Of a stretch of DNA of 64,000 nt, positions 1 through 11,026 are shown piece by piece. Origin of the DNA: a virus (Duplodnaviria; Caudoviricetes); IMG/VR virus record IMGVR_UViG_3300032093_000005, one strand, 5' to 3'. Made by a program: the position numbers and the translations under genes. The notes under the pieces were generated by a model, which worked only from the letters and a program-made list of their open reading frames with translations, was not told the origin of the DNA and did no database searches. The first letter of the stretch is position 1, and each line of letters starts with the position of its first letter.

Positions 1-3000
1 TTGAGAGTCTTGATCTTTTGAATTTTTCTCAAAACTTAATAACTGTGAGTTGTAATAAAGTGGGAATCTAACTCTTAGTCCGTCTTGTAAATTTTTAATT
101 GAATCAATGTAATCTAATTCACCAAACTGCCAAGCAGAGAATGAGTCTGTAAAAGTATCAACAACTGTTAATTTAAATTCCGAAATAGGTGAAGATAAAC
201 CATATGCAGTTACAAGTCCAACGACCTTAACAACATCTCCAGGTTTAAATCCATATCCATTTCTTACAATTTCAAAATTAGTTACTTCAAAGAGTGTTGA
301 TCCAATTCCTGTAGTTGAACATGCACCAACATCAACATTTACTAATAATCCTGTTCCACAACTAGTTGTTGTCCCTATTCCTAATCTAGAAACTCCAATT
401 ACTGTTAAATTACTATAACTTGGAGCAGAAACATTAATTGTTGGATTTGTGTATCCACTCCCACCATTAACAATAGTAAATGAAAGAGTTCCTCCAGCAC
501 CTACGTTTGCTGAAATTATTGATCCATTACCAGTAGAGTCGGTAACCGCTACAGAAACTGGATTTGTATATCCAGATCCCCAATTACCTGTTGTTCCTAT
601 TCCAATAGATGTAATTATACCTCCAGAAATAATAGATGTAACAGATGCTCCAACTAAAGGAGCATAACCTAATCCAGGAGTTGATCCTAAAGATACAATT
701 ACACCACCTCTTGGAAGTTGATTTAAATTTATATCTGATTCTGAAACTATAAGTGACCCATTTGTTGATGTAATTCCTGAAAATACTATACTACTAACAC
801 CAACTACAGTATCCTCAAAAATTCTGAAGTTATTGTTTATATTATTTTCTGTGGTTGGAGTTTGATAAATTCCATTAATTAAAACAATTCCATTTCCACC
901 TATAGTTCCCAATCCAATAGTGTTTCCTCCACCAACAGTTAATTTATAAGTCTGTCCTATTCCTGTGAAATTTTCAGAAATGTTATCATAAACTACATTT
1001 GAAGTATAATCTTTTCTTAAAAATACTCTACCATTAAAGTATGATTTTGCCTCAGGAAGTTCATCAAAATCGACAAGTAATTGATCTTCTAAACTTCCTT
1101 GTGGAGGATATGTAAAATAAATAGCACTCTTTGAAATATTAAAAGATCCTCTATAAACAGACGCAATTCCCGAGTTTGAATGTGAAGTTGCCGAAGATCC
1201 AACAAAACCTCTTTTAACGCCAACTAATGGGAATGTCCCTGCAAAAGAAATTGGTCCGGAGTATGTTGTGCCAAATCCAACATTTTCAACTTTCATATAT
1301 TCGTTATCAATCTTAAGAATATCTCCAATAAGAATTGAAGATATACCACTTAATGCAAAGAATGTAGTTGCTGCACCAATAGAAGTACCATTATTAACGG
1401 TATAATTTAATAAAGAGTATGATATTGGAGATTGAATTATATTATCAATTGTAATAATTGATTTTTCATTTTTCTTGACCATTTCCAATTCATGTGCATT
1501 ACCAAGACCAACTGAAGTAAATGTTACCGCTATTCCAGCTGCGGCATATTCTTTTCTGGTTGCTATTTTAAATTTATCATTATTAATTTTAATTGCATAT
1601 ACAACTGGAGGAAGAAGATTGGTAACGACTCCAACATAATTTAAAGTAGATCCAATTCCAACTGAAGTTGCAGCAACTCCAATAAAAGTTGAATTTGGTC
1701 TGTAAATTAATTCTTCACCTGTACTAAAGAAATGATTTGAAATATTAAAGTTTCCAGTTGATGGTTCTAATACTAAAGAATTTGAGGGATCAAAAGTTTT
1801 CATGAAAATTGGCACGCCATTATATTTAAGATCAAATTGAAGAGTATTAATATCATCATCATTAATAGCAAAGTACTTAGAAACTCCAACTGATTCTAAA
1901 ACATTACTATATTCTAAATTTGGAGCAATATTTACATAATCATTTTCTCTATAAAAACTTTGATTAAAACTTAAAATTTCAAAAGTTCCTGAGAATCCTG
2001 CATCAGGATAAAATTTCAATGATACTGTTGATCCAGATATTTCACCACCAAAAGTTCCTATTCCAGAAGTGCTTCCTATTGATAAGAATGGATATTGAGT
2101 TGTATAAACATTATTAGAATCTGAAATAAGCATTACTTGATGTAATGCACTTGTTTGACCAATACTTACCTTTAAAACTGATTTTACTGCATTAAATTGT
2201 GTAGACTGATATGAAATAATAGTTGATGCTGATGAAACATTTGTATATAATGAATCATATTTCACAGTATTTTCATATCCTTCAAGTTGAGCTGGTTGTT
2301 TAAATCTATATGTCCCTATACCAGATCCAGATGCAGTTGTTCCAAATCCAATATTTTTGGATCGAATTGTTATACTATTGGTTGAAGTATTTGTGCAGGT
2401 TAATGATAAAATACCACTTGGACTAATGGAAGCTCCAAATGATCCAATAAAATTAGAACTCATTCCATCTTCACTATCAAAATAAAATTCTGATATATTT
2501 GTATCTGTACCATTATGATCTACAAAAAGTTCAACATAATTCATTTCATTAGTTACATTATCAATTAAATGAATTTCAGAATGAATAGATTCTATTACTG
2601 CAGCACTTGATTCTAATAAAATTGCAGTTGAACCTGAAGAAACTGTAGATGTTGTTCCAGTGAGATTAATAAATCCTATAGAAGCAGTGCCTACACCTGA
2701 AGTGTAATTTGTAAAGGTGGTATTTAAATATTTTATATTATAAGATGTATTGTATCCTTCTCTAGGAGTAAACTTAAGATAGTAATCTCCAGTGCTATCA
2801 TCAATGTATCCATAAACATCTCCAATACTATTTGAAATATAACCAGTTTCAATTGAAGATCCTACAGATATTGTTCCTTTTTCTAACGTAATAATATTGG
2901 AATTATCATTTAAGACTATTACTTCATTAAATTGAGATTGGGAATAGTCCTTACTTGATATTTGTACGAGATACTTATTATACTTTCTAGAAGAAATGAT

Positions 3001-6000
3001 ATCTACAATTTTTGCAGAAGTATCTAAATCAAGTGCCTGGTCGGAGGTTGAAAATTCAGAACTAATATCATCAATTTCAAGAACTCTGTTTGTTCTGCAT
3101 TCAAAATAATTTGATAGTCTTTTATTTTGGAGTTTTACAAATCTAGAAATATTTTTAGTTTGATTCACATCAAAATCCTGAACAAAATCAAAATTATTAA
3201 TTGTATCTACTCTATTTTCATCTATAATATTGTAGTAAGAATTGACATACTCTTCTACATTTGTTGTTCCAACACCAACATTCTGAATAATTTGAGTATC
3301 TGCAAAGTTTTTGAGACCACTTGGATGAAGTATTCCATTTACAGGACTTACTATATCAATCCATTCTTGATTACTTTTTACAGTATATGATAAATTTTGA
3401 TAATAATCATTATCAGATATGACTTGAGTATCTTCATCTAATTTACCAATATTATCTGACCATCCAATATTTTGAACTGATGAATAATCAATGATAAATT
3501 GTCCGGTTGATTCTTTAACTTCATTAATTGTAGCGATTGAACCAGATTGAGTTCCGCGTATAATTTGACCTTTTTCTAATTCATATGATCCCGAAGTCTT
3601 AATATAATTATTATTTGATTCTGAAATTTTTAAATCTTTTTCAATAAAATTACTTTGTTCTTTTATTTCTAGCGATTCTCCAATAATAAAATTTGAAAAA
3701 ACTTGATTAAAGTTAAATGATGGATAATCACTGTAGTTAATAATTCTTCCATAATTATTATCGAGTGTTTTTGCAATTCCTGGATTTGTTGTTAAACCTG
3801 ATAAATTAAATCTTACAACTGCTGGGGTACTTGATGTTGATGCAGTATAACTAGAAACTGTAAAAAATTGATAACCATAATTTTCAGAATTTAGTCCATC
3901 TCCTTCAGTTCCATACTTTTCAATTCCCTCTACATAAATTTTATCACCAACTGCAAATGGTTCTACACTAAAACCAGATGATGGTGATAGTAAAGAACAA
4001 GTTACTATTCCAGATGATGAAGATTGTATAGAACTAATACCAACTCCATTTGAATTATTAATTACTTTCATAGTAACAGGATTTTCAGGCAATCCCTTTG
4101 GTTCAATAATAACATTGACTGATGTAATTACATTTGCGGATAAATTTGCTAGAATTAATCCCGAATCAATTTTTTCTCCAGTATCAGAATTTACTAAAAT
4201 TATATCTGGTGCTGAAATATAATTTTTTCCACCATATGTAACATTAACTTCCTCAATTGTTTTTGAATTTTCAATAGTTAAAAACTTAGGAATAGATGCT
4301 TCTGGTCGCAAAGTTTTATCTGAAGAATATTCAAAACCTTCATTTAGAATTCTAATTTCATTAATTTGTCCAACATAATCTGATTTTGGTATAATATATG
4401 CACCTGTTCCTGAAATTGAATCAATTCCTTCGAATACTGGTAACTTTTTAAAATTGGATCCTGCTGAAATTGTCCTAACCTTAGAAACTCCACCAGAAGC
4501 ACTTGCAGAAGTTGTAGTGTATTCTAAACTATCACAATCACTTTGAGTATAATAATTTTTCTCTGGTGATTTTGTTAATGAAATACTAAATGTTGTTGTC
4601 CCAACTCCAGAAATATTGTAAGAACCATTATAATAACTATCAATAAAATTAATTTGAGAATAATTTTGAACTTCTTTATCAGCAGTGCTAATGTAACCAG
4701 ATTTCTCTAAGGCATAGAATAGTTGAGTTGGTAAACCTTCACTATAATTAATTGTTAGCGAAGCATTGGTTGATATCCCAACAGTTCCTAGACCACTTAC
4801 AGAGAATGTGGATGTAGATCCTATAGAAATAAATTCATCCTTAAATTCCTGATCATAGAATATTTTAAACTTATAACCAGATAGAGAAGAATCCGTTAAA
4901 TTGAATACAAGGTTATTATTTTTGATTGTAGGAATTGCTGGATTGATTTGAGCAAAAGTTGCAGTTGTAAAAGAAAAATTATTGACTATGAGAGGAGGAT
5001 TTGAAATTGAATCAAGATACGTTTCACAAATATTAATGGTATCTTTATCAATTTTATAAACAAAGTATTCTTTTTTATTGTTTACAAAATAATCTAAGAA
5101 AATTTTATTGCCCGTTTCGAGTCCATGATTTGGAATATATAAAACATTTCCATAATTTTTAACAGCTGGAGCTACATTAAATCCTAAAGCACCAGGAGAT
5201 ATATCTCCTGGTGCAGAGGCAAATCTTGCAATTAAAAGACCATCTCCAAGAGGTTGTACTAATCCACTACCATCAACATCAAAATAAGAACTGACTATTC
5301 CACATCTTGCGTAACATGTTGCATGTGTTGTTCTAATTGCATTTTGTGGGAATGTAATTCCAGTTGCAATATTCGGAAAAGATGCAAGTCCAAATAGATA
5401 TCTTGTAATTAATACTCCATCATTATAACTTACAACTCCATCCCCATCAATATCAAATTGAGTGTAGTTATCCCAAATGTAATCATATATTTGTTGAGCA
5501 TTTCTAGTTGCTGTGGGAGAAATTGCACTACTAGTCCAAGCTATTCCAACTGCAGTATCTAAAGTTACAACTCTAGTTGGGTATGTGTAACTAAATTCGG
5601 AAGCACTACCAACTCCTGATACATTACTTCCTGTAAGTGATAATGAATTAATTAGTAATTTGTTATATGCTTGATTATATTTTAATCTAACAGCAGTAGA
5701 AGTTCCAATACCAACGGAAAGATTTGGTTTTACTGAAAGATTAATTATATCTCCAGAAATGAGTTCGTGAGATGTTGAAACTGAAACTTGAGTTACAATT
5801 TTTTCAATATCACCCTTTACTTGTGTAAAGTTTGATTGTAAGGAATATTGATAATCATTAGAACCATTATTGATAAAGAACAAACCACTTGTTGATGTTG
5901 TCAATCCAATTTGAGTGACAATACCAATATGATCTACTGATTTTTTAATTATATAAACAGTTTGACTATCTCCACTTGAAGGTAAATTAAATGCCGTGCT

Positions 6001-9000
6001 TCCTTCAGTATTCGCAACAGAAATTGCAGATGCACTTGAAGGTTTTGTGAAAGTTACTGCTTGATTTGTTTTAAATGAATGATTTGGTAAATAAATTGAT
6101 TGAGTTGGAATTGAGATGAGATTATTAGTTTGAACTCCAATGTTGTTAATAACTTTAACATCAATACCAGAAGTAGTGCCTACACCAATAGATTGATTTG
6201 CATTAAAATAAATTAAATCATTAATTTTAGATTCAAAATAATCTACAGATTTATTAACTATAAATGTGTCTGTATTGAAATATATTGGTGTTGTTGCAGT
6301 ATGAGCAGCGCCAGTTGTTTCTCTAACAACTCTAAGTACATTTTGAACCGGAAAAATATTTAATACTGATAATCTTTCTGATTCTATTGTTAAACTACTT
6401 CCTATAGAAATATTTTCAGGGATATTAGAAACATAAACATCAGTAACAATACCAGCTGCTGAATATGATGGAATTTCTTGAATAATAACTGATGTATATG
6501 AAGTTACTCCTATTTGTTGAAATCCATTTAATGAAGAAAGTGATGTGGAAAAACCAGAAATGTTTACATAATCTAGATTTTCAAAATTGTGTTTTGGACT
6601 AACTTTAACTTCAACTTGATTTCCATTTTTCCAAGTGAAAATTGCATCATTATATGATGTTATTGAAGTTTGTAAGTTTGAAATTTCTTCACCTTTAATT
6701 TCAGATACTTGTGCTATTAGTCCTCCACCATTTGTATTTTCTTCATTGAATTGTAAAGTATTCCCAATTTTATAGTTATATCCAGAATTTATGATATCAA
6801 AACTATCAATTGAACCAAAAGTGACTGATTCAACAACTGCAGTTTGATTAACAATTTCGTTTGATTCAATTATAAAATCATTATCAGCATAGTTATCATT
6901 AACTTTATATGGAAATGTATTTCTGACTAAATTAGAATTATTAAAATCAAATGATTGATTTAAAGTTTTGTTTTCTGCTATAAATTTGGATCTATATCTG
7001 TCTCCAATAAAATATGGAAAACTGCCAACTACATTGTTTTCATCATCAATTATTGATGTTGCAAAATAAGCATATACTCCATTTGGAAATTCTGGAGTTA
7101 TACAGTATCTTCCATTATATTCATCTAAATCTCCAGAATTTGTAAATTTGTAGTCTTCTACAAAAAATCCAGAGTTAAATCCAGATGGTCTGTTTAAAAT
7201 ATTTGCAGTATTTAAAGTATAACCAGATACTAATTTTTTAAGTGTTGAATTATCTTTTGGATTTTCATAACCATATGGTCCATAAATTGGATTACCATCA
7301 TATGCCCATCCAATAATAGGTGAGTGAATTGTTCCATCATCAAAAAATTGAGATTGCCCCTCATACCTTTTAAATTCTGATTGAAGCGTTTGAGAATATG
7401 AAAAAACTCCATATTGCAAATTATTATATGATGATGTTACTAGATCTACTGCCTCTAAAGAAGTATCATCTATATCTTTATATAAAACATTTTTTTTAAC
7501 TGTAATAGATCTTACTTGAGGATCAAGTAAAACATTTTTGCCTGCAGGGATTACTGAAATAGTGGTATTTGCAGTGGAGTATCCTGTACCAGGATTTACA
7601 ACAATCACGTCAGTAATTTTATTATTAACCACAATAGCTCTCAAAGCAGCACCAGTTCCTGTGCCAGTTACAATAATATCTGGAGTTGAATAGTATTCAG
7701 TTCCACCATATTGAACAAAAACATCTTGTATTGATCCATTAATAATGTTTGCTTTAAGTTGAGCATCTTTACCATTTTTAATGGAAATAGATGGTTTTTT
7801 ATGGTAGTTTAAAATTGTAGATCCATAGTCAGATCCTTTCTCATAAACATAAACATCTACAATTTCTCCACGTATAGTTGGAGTTGCATCAATAACACCT
7901 GTAATTTGAGTGCTACCAAAACCAACTGCAGAATATTCTACTTTTAAATAAATATCTGGATAATTGAAAACGTGATAACCAGAACCTGTAGATCCTAAAC
8001 TAATATAATTTTTTCTTAAATAATTTGTTCTTACTGTTCCTCCAATGCCAGCATTAGATAATTTAAAAGTATCATTATCAACCTTAAGAACATAGTATTG
8101 ATTTGTTGTAGTCAATCCTGATATTAAATTACCTGTACTTGAATATACAATTAATTCACCATCTTTAAAACCGTGATTTGAAAATGAGATTGTATGATTG
8201 ATTGTAGAAATTCCAGTTGGAACAACTCTTAATTTTCTATTTGTATATCCACTTCCTTGATTTATGATCTTAATTTCAGATAGAGTATTTTTTGGTTCTG
8301 TAGCAAACTTATGAATACCACTTGTACCAATTGTTGTAAATCCTACAGTATTAATTCCAGATTTAAAATCCTCAAATGACTCATAAAGTTGAATTGTATT
8401 ATTACTGATAAATTTGCTATAATATAATGACTCATTTTTAAGTGTCCTTCCAGTATTAGCATCTGATCCATAATAAGTGCCAATACCCAATGGAGAATTT
8501 CCACCCTGTCTATAAAGAATAGGTTGACCATCATATAAATTATGATCACTAAGAAATGTAATAGTTTCAAAAGTTGTACTTATTCCACCACCATTTGATA
8601 TTTCTCTTGCATCAAATGCAATCTCTCTTCTTTTTCTTTCTACAATTGGTTCAAAAGTAGCATCTGTCCCATTTCCACCGGTTAAAGCAACTGAAACAAT
8701 AACGTCAATATCAAAATCTTGAGGATCAACATAAATTTTTTCTACTGAACCACTAATGACTGGTTGAACAAGAGCAGATCCAGAGGACAGTGATAGTAAT
8801 GGGGGGTTAATAACATCATAACCAGTTCCCCCACTTAGTACATTTACAGACTCTAGGGGTCCATAGTAAATTTTTTTATCAGATTTATAATTAAAAATTT
8901 CAACTCCATTAACTAAAATTCCAACTGCTCCAGGAAGTGTTAAATCAGATTTACCATCACCAATATTATTGGAAATAGGAAATTTTCTAAGTATTTTTTG

Positions 9001-11025
9001 TGGTGATAAAACTTTTTGTTTTTGAGAATCTAAAATAAAATTATGTGTACCATCCGTTAAAGTGCCAAAAGACACATAGTTTTCAGTTCCAACTAAACTC
9101 TTAGAAAGATATAGTTTAATTTGTTGATTATTTGTTCCTGAAACAACTTCGACATAATATAATCCTTCACTCAATCCTGAGATTGGGGTATCTGAAGCAG
9201 TATAGTATATTTCACTACCTGTCAAAAAAGAAACTCTTTCTGAAAAAGTAATGGTTGAATATAATTGTGTGATTGAGTTTTTTCCACTAACTCCAGAAGC
9301 ATTATAAGAAAAGAGTGAATTTGAAATTTGATATGATGGCAATGAGTTTGAGGCAACATACATGTGCTCATTATTTTCATCATAAACATTTTGAACGTCT
9401 GAAGTTGTAGGATTATATTCAAATTCTACATTAGAAGCATTAGCATTTTTAATCTTTCTTCTAATATCATATTTTAAATCTGGTAAAAGACTAAAACCCT
9501 CTGCAATTGTTATTTGATTTTCAAAAATTGAAGTTATTTCTAAATTAGAATTTATTATAGTTTGGGAATCACGAGTTAAAATGTCAATATAATCACCGAC
9601 TTTAAGACTAGATTTATCAATATTACTTTTTAGAGTAATTTGTGGAGTTGAAAAAGAATCAATTTGATATCTTGAGCTGGTATTGTAAATCCAACTATTT
9701 GCAAAAATTTCTTTATAAGTTTTTTGAATTGGTAATTGTGGATTTTTTATAATTGTTCCAATATTTTTAACTTTTATTTGTTCACCTATGGAAATTGAAG
9801 AATTTGTAGTGATTGGTTTATAATTTGATATAACTCCAGTAATTCTAATTTCGACTTTTTTAGATTTATCTCCTTCAGCATACCCATAATATGTTTCATC
9901 TGAATAAATGGTAGAAGCAGTTGCAATACCAGATGTAACTCCGGAACATCCAAAAAATTGGTTAATACTTTTATCAATATATGTAATTTTATTATTTCCA
10001 GAATAAATTGTTCCAGATTGTGGAAATCCTAATGTTGAATCTACAGTAATGACTGAATCACCTTCACTTACATAATTTAAATTTTTTGTGTTCCCTGTAA
10101 TATTGAAAGTTCCTGTTATTGTTGGGAATGCATCATCATAACCAATAAAAAGTAAAAGTTTGTAATATGTTTTATTTTTTCTTCGAATTATCTCAACTTC
10201 TGATACCGAAGCTGATGTTGTAATATCATTGTTTTTAAATATTGTTTGACCTTTTAATTGTAAAGGATCTCCTGAAATTACATCAGCAATAACAACCGCT
10301 CTCCTTACATAAGTTGATGATGATGGTTTTAACAAAAATTGTTCAAGATCAATTACCTTTGGAGTTTCACCAAATAAAACATTAAAAAGAATTTTAAATG
10401 ATTCTTCAGTCCCTTTAGATTCATAAAGAGTTCTTGCTTCTTTAATGAAATTGCCAACATTCAAATCTGAAACAAAATCTTTGTTTTCTAGATCTGGAGT
10501 TAAAGAATATTTAATTTTTTTATAAAATTCTTTTAAAAATAAAGAGCTTAAATTTTGTACGGTCGATAATCCTACATGTGATGCTGAGTTTGATGTAGAA
10601 AATACCAGTTCTTCAGATTGGAGATCATGATGATAATTTGTAATTCCAGAAAAACCACGAACACAACCGGTGAAGGTATTTGTAGTTAATCCAGTATATG
10701 TAATAATTTCATCATCAATTTTTAAAAGACCATAATTTTGAGGAAATCCTTTGGTTGTTGAAACTTCAATAGTAGTTGTGGACGAAGAAATATCAGTAGA
10801 AAGAGTTGTAAATCCAACTATTACTTCCGGAGTTAAGTTATCAAGTTTTAAATATTGATCTAGATTTTCAGCAATGTCAACTGTTGCTCCTTGATTTTCT
10901 AGAGAAATATAATATTGCTTCAGAAAGTCTACAACTTTTGGACTCTCATCTAAAATAAATTCAGGAAGTTGACTATCAATTATTTGTTGTACTTTTATCC
11001 TAGAGTCAAAACCTGTTTGTATCAT
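1..11025 (-). CDS. Giant virion structural / baseplate wedge protein (gp7-like), truncated at window start, >3675 aa
   Basis: ATG at 11025 (MIQTGFDSRIKVQQIIDSQLPEFILDESPKVVDFLKQYY...), 2 nt after the gp6 stop. Frame checked open at 1-60, 5161-5460 and near the start. Absent from the ORF track, consistent with no stop before base 1. N-terminus and position match cyanomyovirus baseplate proteins following gp6. Confidence 0.85.
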   Translation of the reverse strand, partial: MIQTGFDSRIKVQQIIDSQLPEFILDESPKVVDFLKQYYISLENQGATVDIAENLDQYLKLDNLTPEVIVGFTTLSTDISSSTTTIEVSTTKGFPQNYGLLKIDDEIITYTGLTTNTFTGCVRGFSGITNYHHDLQSEELVFSTSNSASHVGLSTVQNLSSLFLKEFYKKIKYSLTPDLENKDFVSDLNVGNFIKEARTLYESKGTEESFKILFNVLFGETPKVIDLEQFLLKPSSSTYVRRAVVIADVISGDPLQLKGQTIFKNNDITTSASVSEVEIIRRKNKTYYKLLLFIGYDDAFPTITGTFNITGNTKNLNYVSEGDSVITVDSTLGFPQSGTIYSGNNKITYIDKSINQFFGCSGVTSGIATASTIYSDETYYGYAEGDKSKKVEIRITGVISNYKPITTNSSISIGEQIKVKNIGTIIKNPQLPIQKTYKEIFANSWIYNTSSRYQIDSFSTPQITLKSNIDKSSLKVGDYIDILTRDSQTIINSNLEITSIFENQITIAEGFSLLPDLKYDIRRKIKNANASNVEFEYNPTTSDVQNVYDENNEHMYVASNSLPSYQISNSLFSYNASGVSGKNSITQLYSTITFSERVSFLTGSEIYYTASDTPISGLSEGLYYVEVVSGTNNQQIKLYLSKSLVGTENYVSFGTLTDGTHNFILDSQKQKVLSPQKILRKFPISNNIGDGKSDLTLPGAVGILVNGVEIFNYKSDKKIYYGPLESVNVLSGGTGYDVINPPLLSLSSGSALVQPVISGSVEKIYVDPQDFDIDVIVSVALTGGNGTDATFEPIVERKRREIAFDAREISNGGGISTTFETITFLSDHNLYDGQPILYRQGGNSPLGIGTYYGSDANTGRTLKNESLYYSKFISNNTIQLYESFEDFKSGINTVGFTTIGTSGIHKFATEPKNTLSEIKIINQGSGYTNRKLRVVPTGISTINHTISFSNHGFKDGELIVYSSTGNLISGLTTTNQYYVLKVDNDTFKLSNAGIGGTVRTNYLRKNYISLGSTGSGYHVFNYPDIYLKVEYSAVGFGSTQITGVIDATPTIRGEIVDVYVYEKGSDYGSTILNYHKKPSISIKNGKDAQLKANIINGSIQDVFVQYGGTEYYSTPDIIVTGTGTGAALRAIVVNNKITDVIVVNPGTGYSTANTTISVIPAGKNVLLDPQVRSITVKKNVLYKDIDDTSLEAVDLVTSSYNNLQYGVFSYSQTLQSEFKRYEGQSQFFDDGTIHSPIIGWAYDGNPIYGPYGYENPKDNSTLKKLVSGYTLNTANILNRPSGFNSGFFVEDYKFTNSGDLDEYNGRYCITPEFPNGVYAYFATSIIDDENNVVGSFPYFIGDRYRSKFIAENKTLNQSFDFNNSNLVRNTFPYKVNDNYADNDFIIESNEIVNQTAVVESVTFGSIDSFDIINSGYNYKIGNTLQFNEENTNGGGLIAQVSEIKGEEISNLQTSITSYNDAIFTWKNGNQVEVKVSPKHNFENLDYVNISGFSTSLSSLNGFQQIGVTSYTSVIIQEIPSYSAAGIVTDVYVSNIPENISIGSSLTIESERLSVLNIFPVQNVLRVVRETTGAAHTATTPIYFNTDTFIVNKSVDYFESKINDLIYFNANQSIGVGTTSGIDVKVINNIGVQTNNLISIPTQSIYLPNHSFKTNQAVTFTKPSSASAISVANTEGSTAFNLPSSGDSQTVYIIKKSVDHIGIVTQIGLTTSTSGLFFINNGSNDYQYSLQSNFTQVKGDIEKIVTQVSVSTSHELISGDIINLSVKPNLSVGIGTSTAVRLKYNQAYNKLLINSLSLTGSNVSGVGSASEFSYTYPTRVVTLDTAVGIAWTSSAISPTATRNAQQIYDYIWDNYTQFDIDGDGVVSYNDGVLITRYLFGLASFPNIATGITFPQNAIRTTHATCYARCGIVSSYFDVDGSGLVQPLGDGLLIARFASAPGDISPGALGFNVAPAVKNYGNVLYIPNHGLETGNKIFLDYFVNNKKEYFVYKIDKDTINICETYLDSISNPPLIVNNFSFTTATFAQINPAIPTIKNNNLVFNLTDSSLSGYKFKIFYDQEFKDEFISIGSTSTFSVSGLGTVGISTNASLTINYSEGLPTQLFYALEKSGYISTADKEVQNYSQINFIDSYYNGSYNISGVGTTTFSISLTKSPEKNYYTQSDCDSLEYTTTSASASGGVSKVRTISAGSNFKKLPVFEGIDSISGTGAYIIPKSDYVGQINEIRILNEGFEYSSDKTLRPEASIPKFLTIENSKTIEEVNVTYGGKNYISAPDIILVNSDTGEKIDSGLILANLSANVITSVNVIIEPKGLPENPVTMKVINNSNGVGISSIQSSSSGIVTCSLLSPSSGFSVEPFAVGDKIYVEGIEKYGTEGDGLNSENYGYQFFTVSSYTASTSSTPAVVRFNLSGLTTNPGIAKTLDNNYGRIINYSDYPSFNFNQVFSNFIIGESLEIKEQSNFIEKDLKISESNNNYIKTSGSYELEKGQIIRGTQSGSIATINEVKESTGQFIIDYSSVQNIGWSDNIGKLDEDTQVISDNDYYQNLSYTVKSNQEWIDIVSPVNGILHPSGLKNFADTQIIQNVGVGTTNVEEYVNSYYNIIDENRVDTINNFDFVQDFDVNQTKNISRFVKLQNKRLSNYFECRTNRVLEIDDISSEFSTSDQALDLDTSAKIVDIISSRKYNKYLVQISSKDYSQSQFNEVIVLNDNSNIITLEKGTISVGSSIETGYISNSIGDVYGYIDDSTGDYYLKFTPREGYNTSYNIKYLNTTFTNYTSGVGTASIGFINLTGTTSTVSSGSTAILLESSAAVIESIHSEIHLIDNVTNEMNYVELFVDHNGTDTNISEFYFDSEDGMSSNFIGSFGASISPSGILSLTCTNTSTNSITIRSKNIGFGTTASGSGIGTYRFKQPAQLEGYENTVKYDSLYTNVSSASTIISYQSTQFNAVKSVLKVSIGQTSALHQVMLISDSNNVYTTQYPFLSIGSTSGIGTFGGEISGSTVSLKFYPDAGFSGTFEILSFNQSFYRENDYVNIAPNLEYSNVLESVGVSKYFAINDDDINTLQFDLKYNGVPIFMKTFDPSNSLVLEPSTGNFNISNHFFSTGEELIYRPNSTFIGVAATSVGIGSTLNYVGVVTNLLPPVVYAIKINNDKFKIATRKEYAAAGIAVTFTSVGLGNAHELEMVKKNEKSIITIDNIIQSPISYSLLNYTVNNGTSIGAATTFFALSGISSILIGDILKIDNEYMKVENVGFGTTYSGPISFAGTFPLVGVKRGFVGSSATSHSNSGIASVYRGSFNISKSAIYFTYPPQGSLEDQLLVDFDELPEAKSYFNGRVFLRKDYTSNVVYDNISENFTGIGQTYKLTVGGGNTIGLGTIGGNGIVLINGIYQTPTTENNINNNFRIFEDTVVGVSSIVFSGITSTNGSLIVSESDINLNQLPRGGVIVSLGSTPGLGYAPLVGASVTSIISGGIITSIGIGTTGNWGSGYTNPVSVAVTDSTGNGSIISANVGAGGTLSFTIVNGGSGYTNPTINVSAPSYSNLTVIGVSRLGIGTTTSCGTGLLVNVDVGACSTTGIGSTLFEVTNFEIVRNGYGFKPGDVVKVVGLVTAYGLSSPISEFKLTVVDTFTDSFSAWQFGELDYIDSIKNLQDGLRVRFPLYYNSQLLSFEKNSKDQDSQ

Positions 11026-11026
11026 A

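Noticed and set aside
449-9977. Short ORFs listed in the track within 1-11 kb
   Set aside because: All lie inside the single long minus-strand frame; out-of-frame or antisense artefacts.
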